A DNA stretch of 64,000 bases from a cyanobacterium endosymbiont of Rhopalodia gibba (GCA_045159875.1 CP067995.1:2176001-2240000); one strand, 5' to 3'. Shown: positions 1-11,232, numbered from the stretch's first letter. Numbers and translations are program-made. The notes: generated by a model from the sequence alone, not told the origin.

Positions 1-624
1 ATTTAACATATTATCAATTTTTTCAACTTTTTTTCATCAAAAAAAAATAGACAATAGTTTTCCAAATTCAACGTCTAACCTGATTGTTACACTGCTTTAT
101 TTTGATAGCGCAAATACTATAGTATCTAATTGTAATCTTAAACAAGAAGACCAAACTAGAATCATTAATATAGAGCAGAAGAAGAGGATATAGAAATCCA
201 TAAAGCGAGTCTTAAAATGTGAACTAGGTATAAGTATGCATTCTATTTCTTAAGATAGAAAGTTTAAATGAGTAATATTTTAACCAAATGGGAGTAACAT
301 TCTGAGCATTTTATTTTTGTCGGTTTTGTTGTTGATATTGACCAATTATATGAACAATCATACCAGAGGGGAAATTAGGAAATGGAATTAAATCAGCAAT
401 ACAAAAAACAACCGCACTAACCAGGAAGAATCTTAAAAAACAACTCATGATGATAGACCTTCGTGCAATCTCCTTTTCACTATTCTAGAATTAACTTGCT
501 TAAATCTTCCCCTAATTGGATGAATCATTTGAACTCTTATTTTTATAAAAATTTAATTGATTAAAGACGAACTTATCAACAGAACTGATATAGTAACGAT
601 TACTGTAGTAATTTACAAAGTGAG

Positions 625-667
625 CAATCATTAGTTTAGCTAATTTATCTAGCTAAACTAATGATTG
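625..667. repeat. perfect inverted repeat, 18-bp arms, 7-nt loop
   Basis: CAATCATTAGTTTAGCTA-atttatc-TAGCTAAACTAATGATTG. Confidence 0.9.
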
Positions 668-848
668 ATATTTCATAATAGCTGGAAATTGATAATAATA
701 TGGAAATCTTAGGCTCAGAGGATAGTTGGATAGTCATTTGGAGTCAACCTAAAACGATGATTAACAATACCAAAAAATTGGTTGCGAACGCGAAGCACCT
801 AAACACAATTAATTGCAAGGTGGCATTTCCTAGGAAAATAATTATGTT

Positions 849-1199
849 TCAAGGAAATTTACTAGTAACTTTACCAATAATATGATGAAGGGTTATAAAC
901 CCAAAATGCCGACTATCATTACTTTCTGCTTTATTTTCCCCCAACAAAAAACAACTACCATTTTTGTCAACTAAAACAACTCGTTTAATAATCTTTAAAT
1001 CCTGACGGTAAGGGTGCCTAGCTATGACTAAATCCCCTATTTCTGGGAAACGACAGCGGTAGGCTCTCGTGTCTACAAGGACTTCTTCTCCTGCTTTAAG
1101 CAGAGGAAACATAGAAGCCCCTGTAACACAAAACCGCTGACGTAACCTCAACAACCAAAGAAGTAATTCTTGATTCTTACTAGTAAGGCTCAACTGCAT
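849..1199 (-). CDS. sodX: nickel-type superoxide dismutase maturation protease (S26 family)
   Basis: G-x-SM-x-P-x-L, IIKRV and GENKAESNDSRHFG motifs; directly downstream of sodN; ATG at 1199 preferred over GTG at 1205. Confidence 0.93.
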   Translation of the reverse strand: MQLSLTSKNQELLLWLLRLRQRFCVTGASMFPLLKAGEEVLVDTRAYRCRFPEIGDLVIARHPYRQDLKIIKRVVLVDKNGSCFLLGENKAESNDSRHFGFITLHHIIGKVTSKFP

Positions 1200-1223
1200 G
1201 CCCACTACTTAAAATCAACAAAT

Positions 1224-1682
1224 TTAGCTAGCTCTTACCCAGGCTACATCCCGATTCTTACTAGACCAGAACATAGTATGAATTTTCTCAACAGTAGCAA
1301 GTAATTCGGTAGCTTGGACCAAGCTAACTTCTACTTTACACGCAGAGCAAAGTTTAGCTGCTTTCCAAAAAGTGTCGTGAAGATCAGGATATTTTTCTAA
1401 ATGTACAGGTTTAAAGTAGTCAGTCCAAAGGATAAGTAATTCTTCTTTAGTTTTTTGTGCTTGCTCTTCCTTAATTGCAATATAGCGGGCAAGGATATTA
1501 GCAGTAGCATGATCTCCGACAGAAGGATTAAGGTCTAGAATTTTCTTAGTCATAGACAATACTGCTTCAGCGTAGATGCGAGCAGAGGCGGAGTCATAAA
1601 CACCACAGGGTCCATCGCAGTGAGCACTAACTTCTGGCGCACGGAAGTGCTTTTTAATTTGAGTAGCAATTCTGTTGAGCAT
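1224..1682 (-). CDS. sodN: nickel superoxide dismutase precursor
   Basis: leader followed by Ni-hook HCDGPCGVYD; ILWTDYFKP and CSACK motifs. Confidence 0.97.
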   Translation of the reverse strand: MLNRIATQIKKHFRAPEVSAHCDGPCGVYDSASARIYAEAVLSMTKKILDLNPSVGDHATANILARYIAIKEEQAQKTKEELLILWTDYFKPVHLEKYPDLHDTFWKAAKLCSACKVEVSLVQATELLATVEKIHTMFWSSKNRDVAWVRAS

Positions 1683-2083
1683 AGTTTTCTGAGATGTATC
1701 TAATTTTTCAATAAAACGTTCGCAAACGTTATTATAAGGAACTGTTGTCAGGGAAAAACTTTGTCGGTAACTCCCCTACTTCTAATTTTAATTGAAAAGT
1801 GTAGGCATTTGAGATCTTAAAATTCTAGATTCTTACCTCTAGCCTTATGGCTTCCTAATAGTTGCACTATGTTAATTATTTAAATATTGTTTTTATCTTC
1901 GAATACAAAGGTTTGGAATGTTAGAATTTATCTAGAAAAAATGGACGGTTTTGCGGCTTATACAGCTTGAGGAAATCAACTTTTAGGTCGCGTTGTGAAC
2001 GTTTCTGATGATTACTTTTGATGAGAAGTGATGAAAACCTACCAATATTATGGAACTGATAAGCAGACTCAAAAAACTAGCTC

Positions 2084-2952
2084 CTAGCGGGTTTTTACTT
2101 CTCCCTGTTCGATTAATGAGTGTACTCCATTAATCCCTTCTGATGGTTTACAAAAGAGGGGAAACTTACCACTAGCTACCATTCTTAACCCCAAAGGAAG
2201 AAGACTAAACAATCCTCCTAAATCCCTTAAATCCCTTAAATAATTCCCTACTACAAACAATCCAAACTTACGCTCATCAATCCATCCCCTTGTTTGACTA
2301 AGTCAACCAAAACTTTACGATGGCGAATGGCACGACTGTCTTAAGAATCTTTTCTTTCCAAAATTTCTTATTTAATATGACCAATTTGGTCGATAGGGAA
2401 AACGCCCATGGGATAAACGATGTTACAAAAATGGCAACGAGTACACCCCTAAACTCCTTTGGTTCCGTTATTATGGGTTTCTAGGCGAGTTTCAGTTTCC
2501 GTGTTCCGTGAATCATATCATACATTGTGTTTTGGCAAGAGTGTATAGAATGTGCCTTGACACTGACGTATGGTTTTATGGCTTCTGAATTTTTTACAAA
2601 AAAGGGACATGTCCACCACTAAATCCTTAACTATTGGGACTATTGGGAGATTTTTTAGGGTGGAATGGTCATGGTTGAATGGGTTTCCTTCCCAGAGTGT
2701 TTTAATTTTTCAAGTTTACTATCCACATTTTCTTTGCAGATAAGGGCAGAACGACCATCAATTCTCATGCTACAACTACCACAGATCGTATTACGACAAT
2801 TTTTACGAAAAGCAAGAGTTCCATCTTTTTTCCATTTAATTATAATTGAGGCAATCTAAAATGGTTGATTTTGACTCCACGTCCAAGCTATAAGTATGTA
2901 GATAAGGTGTTTGATTAAACTTTTGTCGCATAATTTTAAATTGAACTTTCAT
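2084..2952 (-). pseudogene. sdhB: succinate dehydrogenase/fumarate reductase Fe-S subunit, frameshifted and internally deleted
   Basis: minus strand reads MKVQFKIMRQ..TILDCLN / KWKKDGTLAFRKNCRNTICGSCSMRIDGRSALICKENV, CTRCHFCNIV, DSRAIRHRKVLVDLVKQG / WIDERKFGLFVVGNYLRD across different frames. Confidence 0.9.
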
Positions 2953-3069
2953 AAGACAAATAAAATATAGAGGGATTTATCAGAAGAAAAGTAAGGATAA
3001 CCCTATCTATTTAGTTTAGTGCACCAACACATTCACTAAAATATCTTCATCATTATTCCATCGCAGTCG

Positions 3070-3104
3070 CCGTAGAGATTGTAGAATTTCTACAATCTCT
3101 ACGG
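3070..3104. repeat. perfect inverted repeat, 17-bp arms, 1-nt spacer (resembles a GTAG-type REP)
   Basis: CCGTAGAGATTGTAGAA-t-TTCTACAATCTCTACGG. Confidence 0.9.
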
Positions 3105-3528
3105 TGTATCCTCTTGCTTAGCCTTCTTTTAAGACTCCAATTAAAGGGTGAGGTTTTTTTAACTTCTTGGGCAATTCCATAGCTCGAAATCCTAGAAAAT
3201 GGTTCTGCAACCTTCAGATTTAATCCTTTCGTCCACCCATAAGTATATTCCACCAAACTCAGTATCACAACGGTTATTCAGATTGTAGAATCTAACTTTA
3301 AAAAACTTATTTTTAGACTGAGCAACTCAAATCAGTCACGATCTTAGGAGTAAATTTTTTTAAGGGGAAGCACTTCTCCTTGCATTTTGTCTCCTTTAAC
3401 TGCCTGCTTCTCCCGTTCATAATTGTTGAAAATTTTCTTGATTTTATTAGGAGGATAACGCTATATTTTTGATATGCTAAATAAAAGCAACGATCATTAA
3501 ACTTCAATCAAGGAACATTGATAACATC

Positions 3529-3924
3529 ATGACCGACAAACCAATCCCTTTAACGGGAAAAGCCCTACTTCAAAAAGTCAAAGAGCTATCCCACAAACCA
3601 CGGAGAGAAACAGCTAAAGATTGTGGCTATTACTCAGTTACAAAAGACGGGCAAGTCCGCGTCAATTTGACAGAATTCTATGATGCAGTCTTAGGAGCAA
3701 AAGGGGTTCCTCTTGAACCAGGAACGGCTAAAGATGGTCGAGGACGTGAACCCACTTACCGTGTAAGTGTCCACAAAAATGGTCAAATTGTCATTGGTTC
3801 AACATACACCCAAGAGATGGGATTGAAACCTGGAGATGAATTTGAAATTAAATTGGGATACAAACACATTCACCTCAAACAAATTGGAGATGATGGAGAG
3901 GTCGTTGAGGAAGAAGCGGCTTAG
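3529..3924 (+). CDS. cyanobacterial AbrB-like transcriptional regulator (cyAbrB1/CalA clade)
   Basis: PLTGKALLQKVKEL, CGYY and GREPTYRVSVHKNGQIVIGSTYT..PGDEFEIKLGYKHIHL motifs. Confidence 0.93.
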   Translation: MTDKPIPLTGKALLQKVKELSHKPRRETAKDCGYYSVTKDGQVRVNLTEFYDAVLGAKGVPLEPGTAKDGRGREPTYRVSVHKNGQIVIGSTYTQEMGLKPGDEFEIKLGYKHIHLKQIGDDGEVVEEEAA

Positions 3925-4200
3925 GAATTATTTAATCTAGACAAAGATTATAGAATCTCTTAAGCCTAAAAAACTCCATTGGATGGGTTCACCTTAACCT
4001 GTTCTTATTAGGGTCTAATGATTAATTAGTCCTAAAGTCCTAAAGGTTATCGTCTTACCCGGGGCGGCGTAATATAAGAAACAGACGTTAGCCCCCATAG
4101 ATTTTTCTTGGAAACCTATTCCAAATTCAAATATTTTGCTAGGGTAGTAACGATAAATTCTTAATTAGAAGAGATAGACAAGACAGTGTAAGGAATAATT

Positions 4201-5037
4201 TTGTCATCGCAATTGTATTCTTGGATAATTTTGATCTCGACTCTTTCTGGGACAGTCAAAGTGTGCCTCTTTCTAATCACTTGGGTTACACTCTGGTTAC
4301 CTTTGGCTTGGTCTATAGCCAGCAAAATTGGTTGGCAACCCTTTAGTCCTTTAGTAGGGTCAGAAAAACTCCCCCTTGTTATGTCCCTCTATTCAACTGT
4401 TCCTCTTCTAGGATGGCTAACTATTTTAGTAGAAGGAACATCGATATTGGATTACGGACTAGAGTGGCAACTGACTTTTTTAATTTCTTTGCTTTTGGGA
4501 ATAGGATTAGGAATTGCTGGTTTAGGAATTGCTTTTGGACTCGAAGGGTGGTTTGGTTGGTTGATTTGGCAAAAAAATCATTTACATCCTCTGGGTAAAT
4601 TAGGATTACCCTTATTAGGGTTAGGACTTTGGGTAGGAATTACTGAAGAATTAATCTTTCGGGGAATTTTACTCAATTTACTACAACAAGACTATTCCCT
4701 AGAAATAGCTGCTGTTATCTCCAGTGGTATTTTTGCTCTTTTACACTTACTGTGGGAAAGACAAGAAACAATTCCTCAACTCCCTGGATTATGGATAATG
4801 GGTATGATTTTGGTATGGGCCAAAATAATGGACGAGGGAAGCTTAGCTTTAGCATCGGGACTTCATGCGGGTTGGATTTGGGGGTTATCGTACATCGATG
4901 CGGCAGAATTGATTTCCTATACTAATAAGGGAGCTCCTGAAGTAGTTAGCTGGAAAAAACACCCTCTAGCCAGAGTGTCCGGAATTCTTTGTCTTTTGGG
5001 AACAGGTTTAGTTTTATGGCAATTTTCCTTATTTTAA
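4201..5037 (+). CDS. CPBP (CAAX/Abi) intramembrane glutamic endopeptidase
   Basis: multiple TM helices; EELIFRG, FALLH and GLHAGW motifs; start uncertain. Confidence 0.88.
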   Translation: MSSQLYSWIILISTLSGTVKVCLFLITWVTLWLPLAWSIASKIGWQPFSPLVGSEKLPLVMSLYSTVPLLGWLTILVEGTSILDYGLEWQLTFLISLLLGIGLGIAGLGIAFGLEGWFGWLIWQKNHLHPLGKLGLPLLGLGLWVGITEELIFRGILLNLLQQDYSLEIAAVISSGIFALLHLLWERQETIPQLPGLWIMGMILVWAKIMDEGSLALASGLHAGWIWGLSYIDAAELISYTNKGAPEVVSWKKHPLARVSGILCLLGTGLVLWQFSLF

Positions 5038-5581
5038 TTGAGGAATTTTATTCCACTAAACTGGGCAACAATTTGATTGTGAACTAAAATTTTTTTAGTT
5101 AATAAACCTTCAAATATAATTTGTAAAAGTCACTGTCCATCTACCCCAAAATACAGCTTAACACAATCACTTTTTAGAATTTATACCGGACTAATTTAGC
5201 AATTTTTATTTCCAGATCTTTATCATTAAGGGGTTATGTCTCAGTCTCCTCACCTTTTGTCCGACGAGTTACTGAGCGATCATCATTCCTCCTTTTTCAG
5301 AACCTAGTTCTCTGATAATTAATTCCATTCTTGGTTAATTATCGATAGAAGCTCGCAATGTTAGTTTTATGAGATCTTTCATAGGATAAAGTTGGCTAGG
5401 TTTAAGATATAAAATGCTATCTATGACAATCCTTTCGACAGTTCTAATGTAGAGAGAGTTAGTTAATTGAAATTCTTTAAGCAATTGTAAAACTATTGAA
5501 ACTATTGATTTAATAGGTCGATACACTTTGATTTTAGCTTAATTAAAGTACTGTTTTACCCAAGTTTACACTCTCTTAATT

Positions 5582-5612
5582 TAAGAGGTTACTACAACGC
5601 AGTAACCTCTTA
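5582..5612. repeat. perfect inverted repeat, 12-bp arms
   Basis: TAAGAGGTTACT-acaacgc-AGTAACCTCTTA. Confidence 0.75.
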
Positions 5613-6725
5613 GTTAATATTTAATATTTGAACGTGCTCTCTTGTAGCAACACTTGATTTATTGAGTTGTCTAACTATTTTTAAAATTACTGTCGTTTAA
5701 AAATTTATTCAAATCTGTCTCGATCAAGAGCCAACTCATAAATGTTCAATAGCTGATCATTAAAATATACTTTTTTGGCTTCTATTTAGGATGATAGTTT
5801 GATGTTGAAAGGATGATAGTCGAATTTTTAATCGTTCTACTAAACGTGAAATAAGAGAAGACTGTGATTAACTTTCAGGTAACAGAAAAATACCATATCA
5901 AGTAATTATCAATGTCAAAACTGCTCAAAGATCAAATGCAAACCAGTATTCATTAAATATCTATGACATTTTATTGAACCTGAACTGAATGATTTATTTT
6001 CCAGAATAAAACGAATTCTTAACTTTTCGAGCAGATTCTGAAGTTTAATTGGATTAAGGATAGATTTATAATTTTCCCCCAAAATTTATTATTAGTAATA
6101 TATTTTTTTCGACTACTCATATGCTAAGGCTGCTGCAGTATGTTTGTCAACGTAGTCTTACTTGTTCAATAGACCAATACTGACATATCTAGCTCAACTA
6201 ACAGTGATGACTTTAAAAGATCTACTGGAACGGTTAGAATTACAGAATTAAAGTCGAGAATTTCTTGTGCTTTAAGTTGTTTGACTAACTTAGTTAATGA
6301 TTGTTTTCTCACCTATTCAAAGATTACAATTTTTTCATCCAAATTTTGCAACAAATCTTAAACTTGTGAGCTAATCCCTCGCTTAAATCTTTAAAAAGAT
6401 CTAACCTGTGACCGAGTATAAATTGTCTTTCGATTACTTGAAACTCAGTAGTATTTTCTAAATAAGGCAAATTGGGAATTAATAAGGAGTTACCGGTTAT
6501 ATTAACATAGTTCGAGAATTTTACACTTTTAGCCTATTCTGTGATTGGATTCCCATAGGTAATGACGATGTTGCTAGTCCCGAAGTTGATCGAGTAAGAT
6601 ACCTTAAATCGAAAGAAACCCGGCTATATCAAATATTTGCAAATCACGAACAAGAACATTTTATTGAAGTTATAAGTCCTAATAATCAAGTCAAAAAGTT
6701 TAGATAAAATATTTAATTAATCTCT

Positions 6726-6756
6726 TTTCAAGATAAATTTTAAATTTATCTTGAAA
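6726..6756. repeat. perfect inverted repeat, 15-bp arms, 1-nt spacer
   Basis: TTTCAAGATAAATTT-t-AAATTTATCTTGAAA. Confidence 0.88.
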
Positions 6757-6988
6757 CCTTTTTACATGACGCAAAACTTCAAGAGAATGAGAACAGCACA
6801 ACCGGGTGTAACAGTGTACACTGAGGAGTCTGCATCAAAATAAACTAAGCTAGTGTCAGCTCGCTATCATACTGAACTGATTTTGTGGTTACCTAGATTG
6901 TTAAGTGAATATATCCTGAACACCTTAAATAAAATTAAAAAAGAGTGTTAGGGTTTTACAATAGGTAGTGTTACTCGGAGGAAGAAAA

Positions 6989-7372
6989 ATGTTTACCCGA
7001 CTAGCTCAACAACACCGCAATTTTGTTAGAGATTTAGTAATCAATCTCCAAGCACTGGCGATTGTACTTGAAAAACAAGGTTATCTAGCTTCTTGCTATA
7101 CTTGTGGTGGGCAGATGAATAGTGGTTCATTTATGGTTAGCCTAGGAGAAAACCATTTGATTCGCTTTCTAGTATCGGACTACGGAATTACCTGGACAGA
7201 GATGCGAGACGATCTTGAGCTGATGAAACTTGAAGGGGCTGAGGCCATCAGTCAATTGCAGGAGTTAGCTTACTTAGTTAAATATCAAATTAAGCCATCC
7301 AAGTCCAACATGCCAGAAAGTTCTACTTCTAAAGATAATTCCACTTCTGAACCTCAGATCCAATCGATTTAG
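6989..7372 (+). CDS. DUF1815 family protein
   Basis: MFTRLAQQHR..LQALAIVLE..ASCYTCG..HLIRFLVSDYGITWTEMRDD; GGAGG RBS before ATG 6989. Confidence 0.85.
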   Translation: MFTRLAQQHRNFVRDLVINLQALAIVLEKQGYLASCYTCGGQMNSGSFMVSLGENHLIRFLVSDYGITWTEMRDDLELMKLEGAEAISQLQELAYLVKYQIKPSKSNMPESSTSKDNSTSEPQIQSI

Positions 7373-7450
7373 AGATTAATTAGGAGATTCAGCGGAGGAA
7401 ACATAAAGAAAAAAATCTCCTTGAACTGTTCCCTGTTTTAGGGGAGCAAC

Positions 7451-8512
7451 TTATTTATCTTCAGCAAAAATATAACGATAGAGCTCATTAGCATCAGGTT
7501 CGGGACTATCTTGAGCAAATTGGACCGCTTGATTAATTTTGTCTTGGATCTGTTTTTTAATGTTCTCGAGTTCTTGATTGTCAGCTAAATTCTGCTCTAC
7601 TAAGTAAGTAGCAAGTTTAATGATGGGATCTCGGACTCCCCAAAATTCTTTTTCATCAGAAGATCTGAGTTCATCGGGATCAGCCAAAGAATGTCCTCGA
7701 AAGCGATACGTTAAAGCTTCAATTAAGGTTGGTCCTTCTCCTGCACGGGCGCGGGCGATAGCTTTTTTGGCAACACTACGAACAGCCAGTACGTCCATAC
7801 CATCAACCTCCACACCGACCATATTAAAAACAGTAGCTTTTTGATAGATTTCCGGTTGAGAGGTAGCCCGCTCATGAGCCATGCCAATCGCCCATTTATT
7901 ATTTTCAACGACATAAATAATTGGCAATTTCCATAATGAGGCCATATTGAGACACTCGAAGAATTGGCCATTGTTACTAGCTCCATCCCCGAAAAAACAC
8001 ACAGTCACTTGATCTGATGTCTCATCCCCCATCATTTCCCGTCGGTATTTACTTTGAAAGGCTGCCCCTGTGGCTACAGGAATTCCTTCAGCGACAAAGG
8101 CATAACCCCCTAGAAGTCGATGTTTGGCAGAGAATAAGTGCATTGAACCTCCCCGTCCTTTGCTACATCCGGTCTCCTTTCCAAATAATTCTGCCATCAC
8201 TTCTTCAGGGGGAACCCCACAACTAAGGGCATGAACGTGATCACGATATGTACTAGATACATAGTCTTCACTAGGACGCAAAGCTTTGATTATTCCTGTA
8301 GAAACTGCCTCTTGTCCATTGTACAGGTGAACAAAACCGAACATTTTACCCCTGTAATACATTTCAGCACACTTGTCTTCAAATAAGCGTCCCAGCATCA
8401 TGTCTTCATAGAGGATTAAACCTTCCTCTTTGGTAATTTTGATAGAAGCTTGGTTGAATTTTGGTACTGTTCGTTGGGAAACCATAGATTTTGTAAGATT
8501 ATGATAATTCAT
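7451..8512 (-). CDS. pdhA: pyruvate dehydrogenase E1 alpha subunit
   Basis: [14 protein letters not shown]-binding GDGA..NN and [11 protein letters not shown] motifs. Confidence 0.97.
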   Translation of the reverse strand: MNYHNLTKSMVSQRTVPKFNQASIKITKEEGLILYEDMMLGRLFEDKCAEMYYRGKMFGFVHLYNGQEAVSTGIIKALRPSEDYVSSTYRDHVHALSCGVPPEEVMAELFGKETGCSKGRGGSMHLFSAKHRLLGGYAFVAEGIPVATGAAFQSKYRREMMGDETSDQVTVCFFGDGASNNGQFFECLNMASLWKLPIIYVVENNKWAIGMAHERATSQPEIYQKATVFNMVGVEVDGMDVLAVRSVAKKAIARARAGEGPTLIEALTYRFRGHSLADPDELRSSDEKEFWGVRDPIIKLATYLVEQNLADNQELENIKKQIQDKINQAVQFAQDSPEPDANELYRYIFAEDK

Positions 8513-8952
8513 TAAGACTATTGAGTGATTAAGGTTGACTTAGCTCAACCGCTCAGGGCAAAAAATACTGACTTAAAAATTATAGAGGGAGATGAGATTT
8601 TTATGTTAGAAGACTTATATGATTCCCTATAACTATAAGTTTTTACTAAAACAAACCCTAATAAACCCAATAGAGTTAACGTGCTTAGGATAGGGCAGAT
8701 CTCTATGAAGGCTAAGATTGAGAGAGGTGTTAACTATTTTACTAATTGGAATATTTTAGTTATAATCTTCTTCAGCTTTGTCTATGGTTACCAGTCACTA
8801 AATCTTTTCTGGAGCTTAAGTGTTATTAGCTTACTATGTTGTCCTTACCCAGTTTCCTATCCTAAATGTCTTAAACTGGACGTGTGTCCCAATATAGGCT
8901 ATCAAAATAAGGACAAGCTTATTGTCTTGACCCGGCTCTGAGGAAATCAACC

Positions 8953-11232
8953 GTGCGCATTCCCCTCGACTACTACAGAATTTTAGGAGTTCTTCCCCAA
9001 GTAACAGATAAGCAGCTTAGTCAGGCTTATCATGATCGCTGTCTGCAATTACCCCGCCGAGAATACAGCAAGATGGCGGTTTTATCACGGAAGCAACTGC
9101 TTACTCAAGCCTATGAAATACTATCAGACTCAGAACAAAGAGCTGCTCACGAGGACTTGTGTCTAGAAAGCACTTTTTCCGACCAATTAAAGTTTAATCC
9201 AGAAATTTCTTTAACTGGCCAAGGAGAAGAAATTCTTCCTGATTCTGATTCATCTCCATTAGCTCCTAGAACGTTAGAAATTGCCCCTAAGCAATGGATA
9301 GGAGCCTTAATGATTCTCCAAGAGTTGGGAGAATATGAACTAGTCATTAAGTTTGGTGAAATTTTTCTTGACACCTTGTCAAGTCCTCGATCAGAGCTGT
9401 ATTCTTCCATCTGCGAGATTCAAACTGATGTTATTCTGACCATTTCCCTAGCTGCTTTAGAATTAAGCAGAGAACAGTGGCAACAAGAAGAATATGAACA
9501 AGCTGGGATTTCAGGAGGAAAAGGACTCAGCATACTCCAAGAAAATTGTTTATTTACCTCATTACAACTCGAAATTAGTAAAGATCTTTATAAGTTGCGT
9601 CCCTACAGAATTCTGGAGTTGTTGGCTCAACCTGAAAAAAATCGAGCTGATCGAGATCGAGGTAAAACCCTACTTCAAGAAATGTTACAAGAAAGACAGG
9701 GGATTGATGGTCAAGGTGATGATCACTCTGGGCTTGGTATTGATGATTTTTTGCGGTTTATTCAACAACTAAGGACTTATCTTACAGCCTCTGAACAAGA
9801 AGATATTTTTTTTCGTGAAACTAATTATAGGTCAGCCGTAGCTGCTTATTTAAGAGTATATTCTTTAATTGCCCGTGGTTTTGCCGGAAGACAGCCGGCT
9901 TTCATTATTGAAGCAAAAGGTATTCTTGACGGTTTAGAAAAACTTCAAGATGTCTCTTTAGAAAAAGGGATTTGTGCATTGCTTTTAGGAGAAACTCAGG
10001 AGGCTATCCTAGCATTAGAACAATGTGAAGATGAAAAAGTCTTAACTTTTATTCGAGAACAATCCCGAGGTGCGCCAGACTTGTTACCTGGATTGTGTTC
10101 ATATGGGCAAGATTGGTTACAGACGGAAGTATTTTCTCATTTTCGTGATTTTAAGAAACGGACTGACTCTTTAGAAGATTATTTTGCTGATCAAGCAGTT
10201 CAGACTTACTTAGAACAATTATCCTTTCTTAAAGAGAAACAAGATGAAGAAAAACAAGAAAATGAACTGATGTTTAGTAGAACAATCTCTCGAAATGAGC
10301 ATATCGTTCAAGAAAGAAGAGCTTTCACCAAGGGACGACATTTAAGACAGACCCGCTTCCAACATCAAGAACCTCAGTTACTCGTTAGTGGAGGTGGGGG
10401 TATTCCTACTCTAGCTACAGCAGCTACTGTTCCTATGACTCCATATCGTCGCAGTTTTAGAGAAAATTCTTCGAGAGGAGCTAGAGACAGGTCGGTTGTT
10501 ACAACCTCTTACCAAGATTCCCTTCAGAAAGCCCCGACTGACCGATCCTTTAGTTTACCGACAACGGCTGACGAACCAGAACAAGAAGCCCAACGTGGGT
10601 CACATGAAAGAACCAATCCCTACAGGCCTAGCAAGACAATCTTTAAATTCCGGCCTTGGTTCGTACTGGTTGCATCATTGACGGTTTTAGGAGCAGTGGG
10701 ATCATCGGTTAAATGGATTCAATATATTGTGTCCCCCTTGGTTGCTTTAGAGGAAGAACAACTAGTTCTGGAACTACGTCAACCCCCAATTCCAATTCCA
10801 GTGCCAGAGACTCAAATTAAAAATCAAATTAAAAATCAGACAGAAAAACTGACCATAGAAGAGGCTAAACGAGTTATTGAGACGTGGTTATTGAGTAAAG
10901 CTGATGCTTTTGGCCTTGACCATAAAATTGAGTCATTGAACAACATTTTAGGAACTCCTCTTCTGAGTGTCTGGAAAAATAGAGTGCAAAATCTTGAAAA
11001 AGACCAAGACTATTGGCAATATAAGCATAGTTTTACTATAAAATCCCTGAAGATTACTGATAATAACCCAGATAAAGCTGTCGTTGAGGCTGATGTTAGA
11101 GAAATTGCTGATTTTTACCAAGATAGTCAACGAAACGCAAGTAAATCTTATGATGACCAACTGAAGGTTCGTTATGGGTTACTCCGCGAGCAAGATCGTT
11201 GGCTAATTTACTCGCTTGAACTTATTAATTAA
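8953..11232 (+). CDS. ftn2: cell division protein Ftn2/ZipN (ARC6 homolog: J-like domain, TM helix, IMS domain)
   Basis: RIPLDYYRILG N-terminus; DLYKLRPYRILELL and DLLPGLC motifs; TM helix; C-terminal IMS domain. Confidence 0.93.
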   Translation: MRIPLDYYRILGVLPQVTDKQLSQAYHDRCLQLPRREYSKMAVLSRKQLLTQAYEILSDSEQRAAHEDLCLESTFSDQLKFNPEISLTGQGEEILPDSDSSPLAPRTLEIAPKQWIGALMILQELGEYELVIKFGEIFLDTLSSPRSELYSSICEIQTDVILTISLAALELSREQWQQEEYEQAGISGGKGLSILQENCLFTSLQLEISKDLYKLRPYRILELLAQPEKNRADRDRGKTLLQEMLQERQGIDGQGDDHSGLGIDDFLRFIQQLRTYLTASEQEDIFFRETNYRSAVAAYLRVYSLIARGFAGRQPAFIIEAKGILDGLEKLQDVSLEKGICALLLGETQEAILALEQCEDEKVLTFIREQSRGAPDLLPGLCSYGQDWLQTEVFSHFRDFKKRTDSLEDYFADQAVQTYLEQLSFLKEKQDEEKQENELMFSRTISRNEHIVQERRAFTKGRHLRQTRFQHQEPQLLVSGGGGIPTLATAATVPMTPYRRSFRENSSRGARDRSVVTTSYQDSLQKAPTDRSFSLPTTADEPEQEAQRGSHERTNPYRPSKTIFKFRPWFVLVASLTVLGAVGSSVKWIQYIVSPLVALEEEQLVLELRQPPIPIPVPETQIKNQIKNQTEKLTIEEAKRVIETWLLSKADAFGLDHKIESLNNILGTPLLSVWKNRVQNLEKDQDYWQYKHSFTIKSLKITDNNPDKAVVEADVREIADFYQDSQRNASKSYDDQLKVRYGLLREQDRWLIYSLELIN

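Noticed and set aside
3053..3268. 71-aa ORF, or RNase P/tmRNA, around the 3070 hairpin
   Set aside because: No rnpB or ssrA signature sequences; the ORF has no motifs.
6808..6821. NtcA site upstream of the DUF1815 gene
   Set aside because: GTA-N8-CAC deviates from GTA-N8-TAC and I could not confirm a suitably placed -10 box.
8681..8941. 86-aa ORF between pdhA and ftn2
   Set aside because: Divergent promoter region, no motifs; likely spurious.
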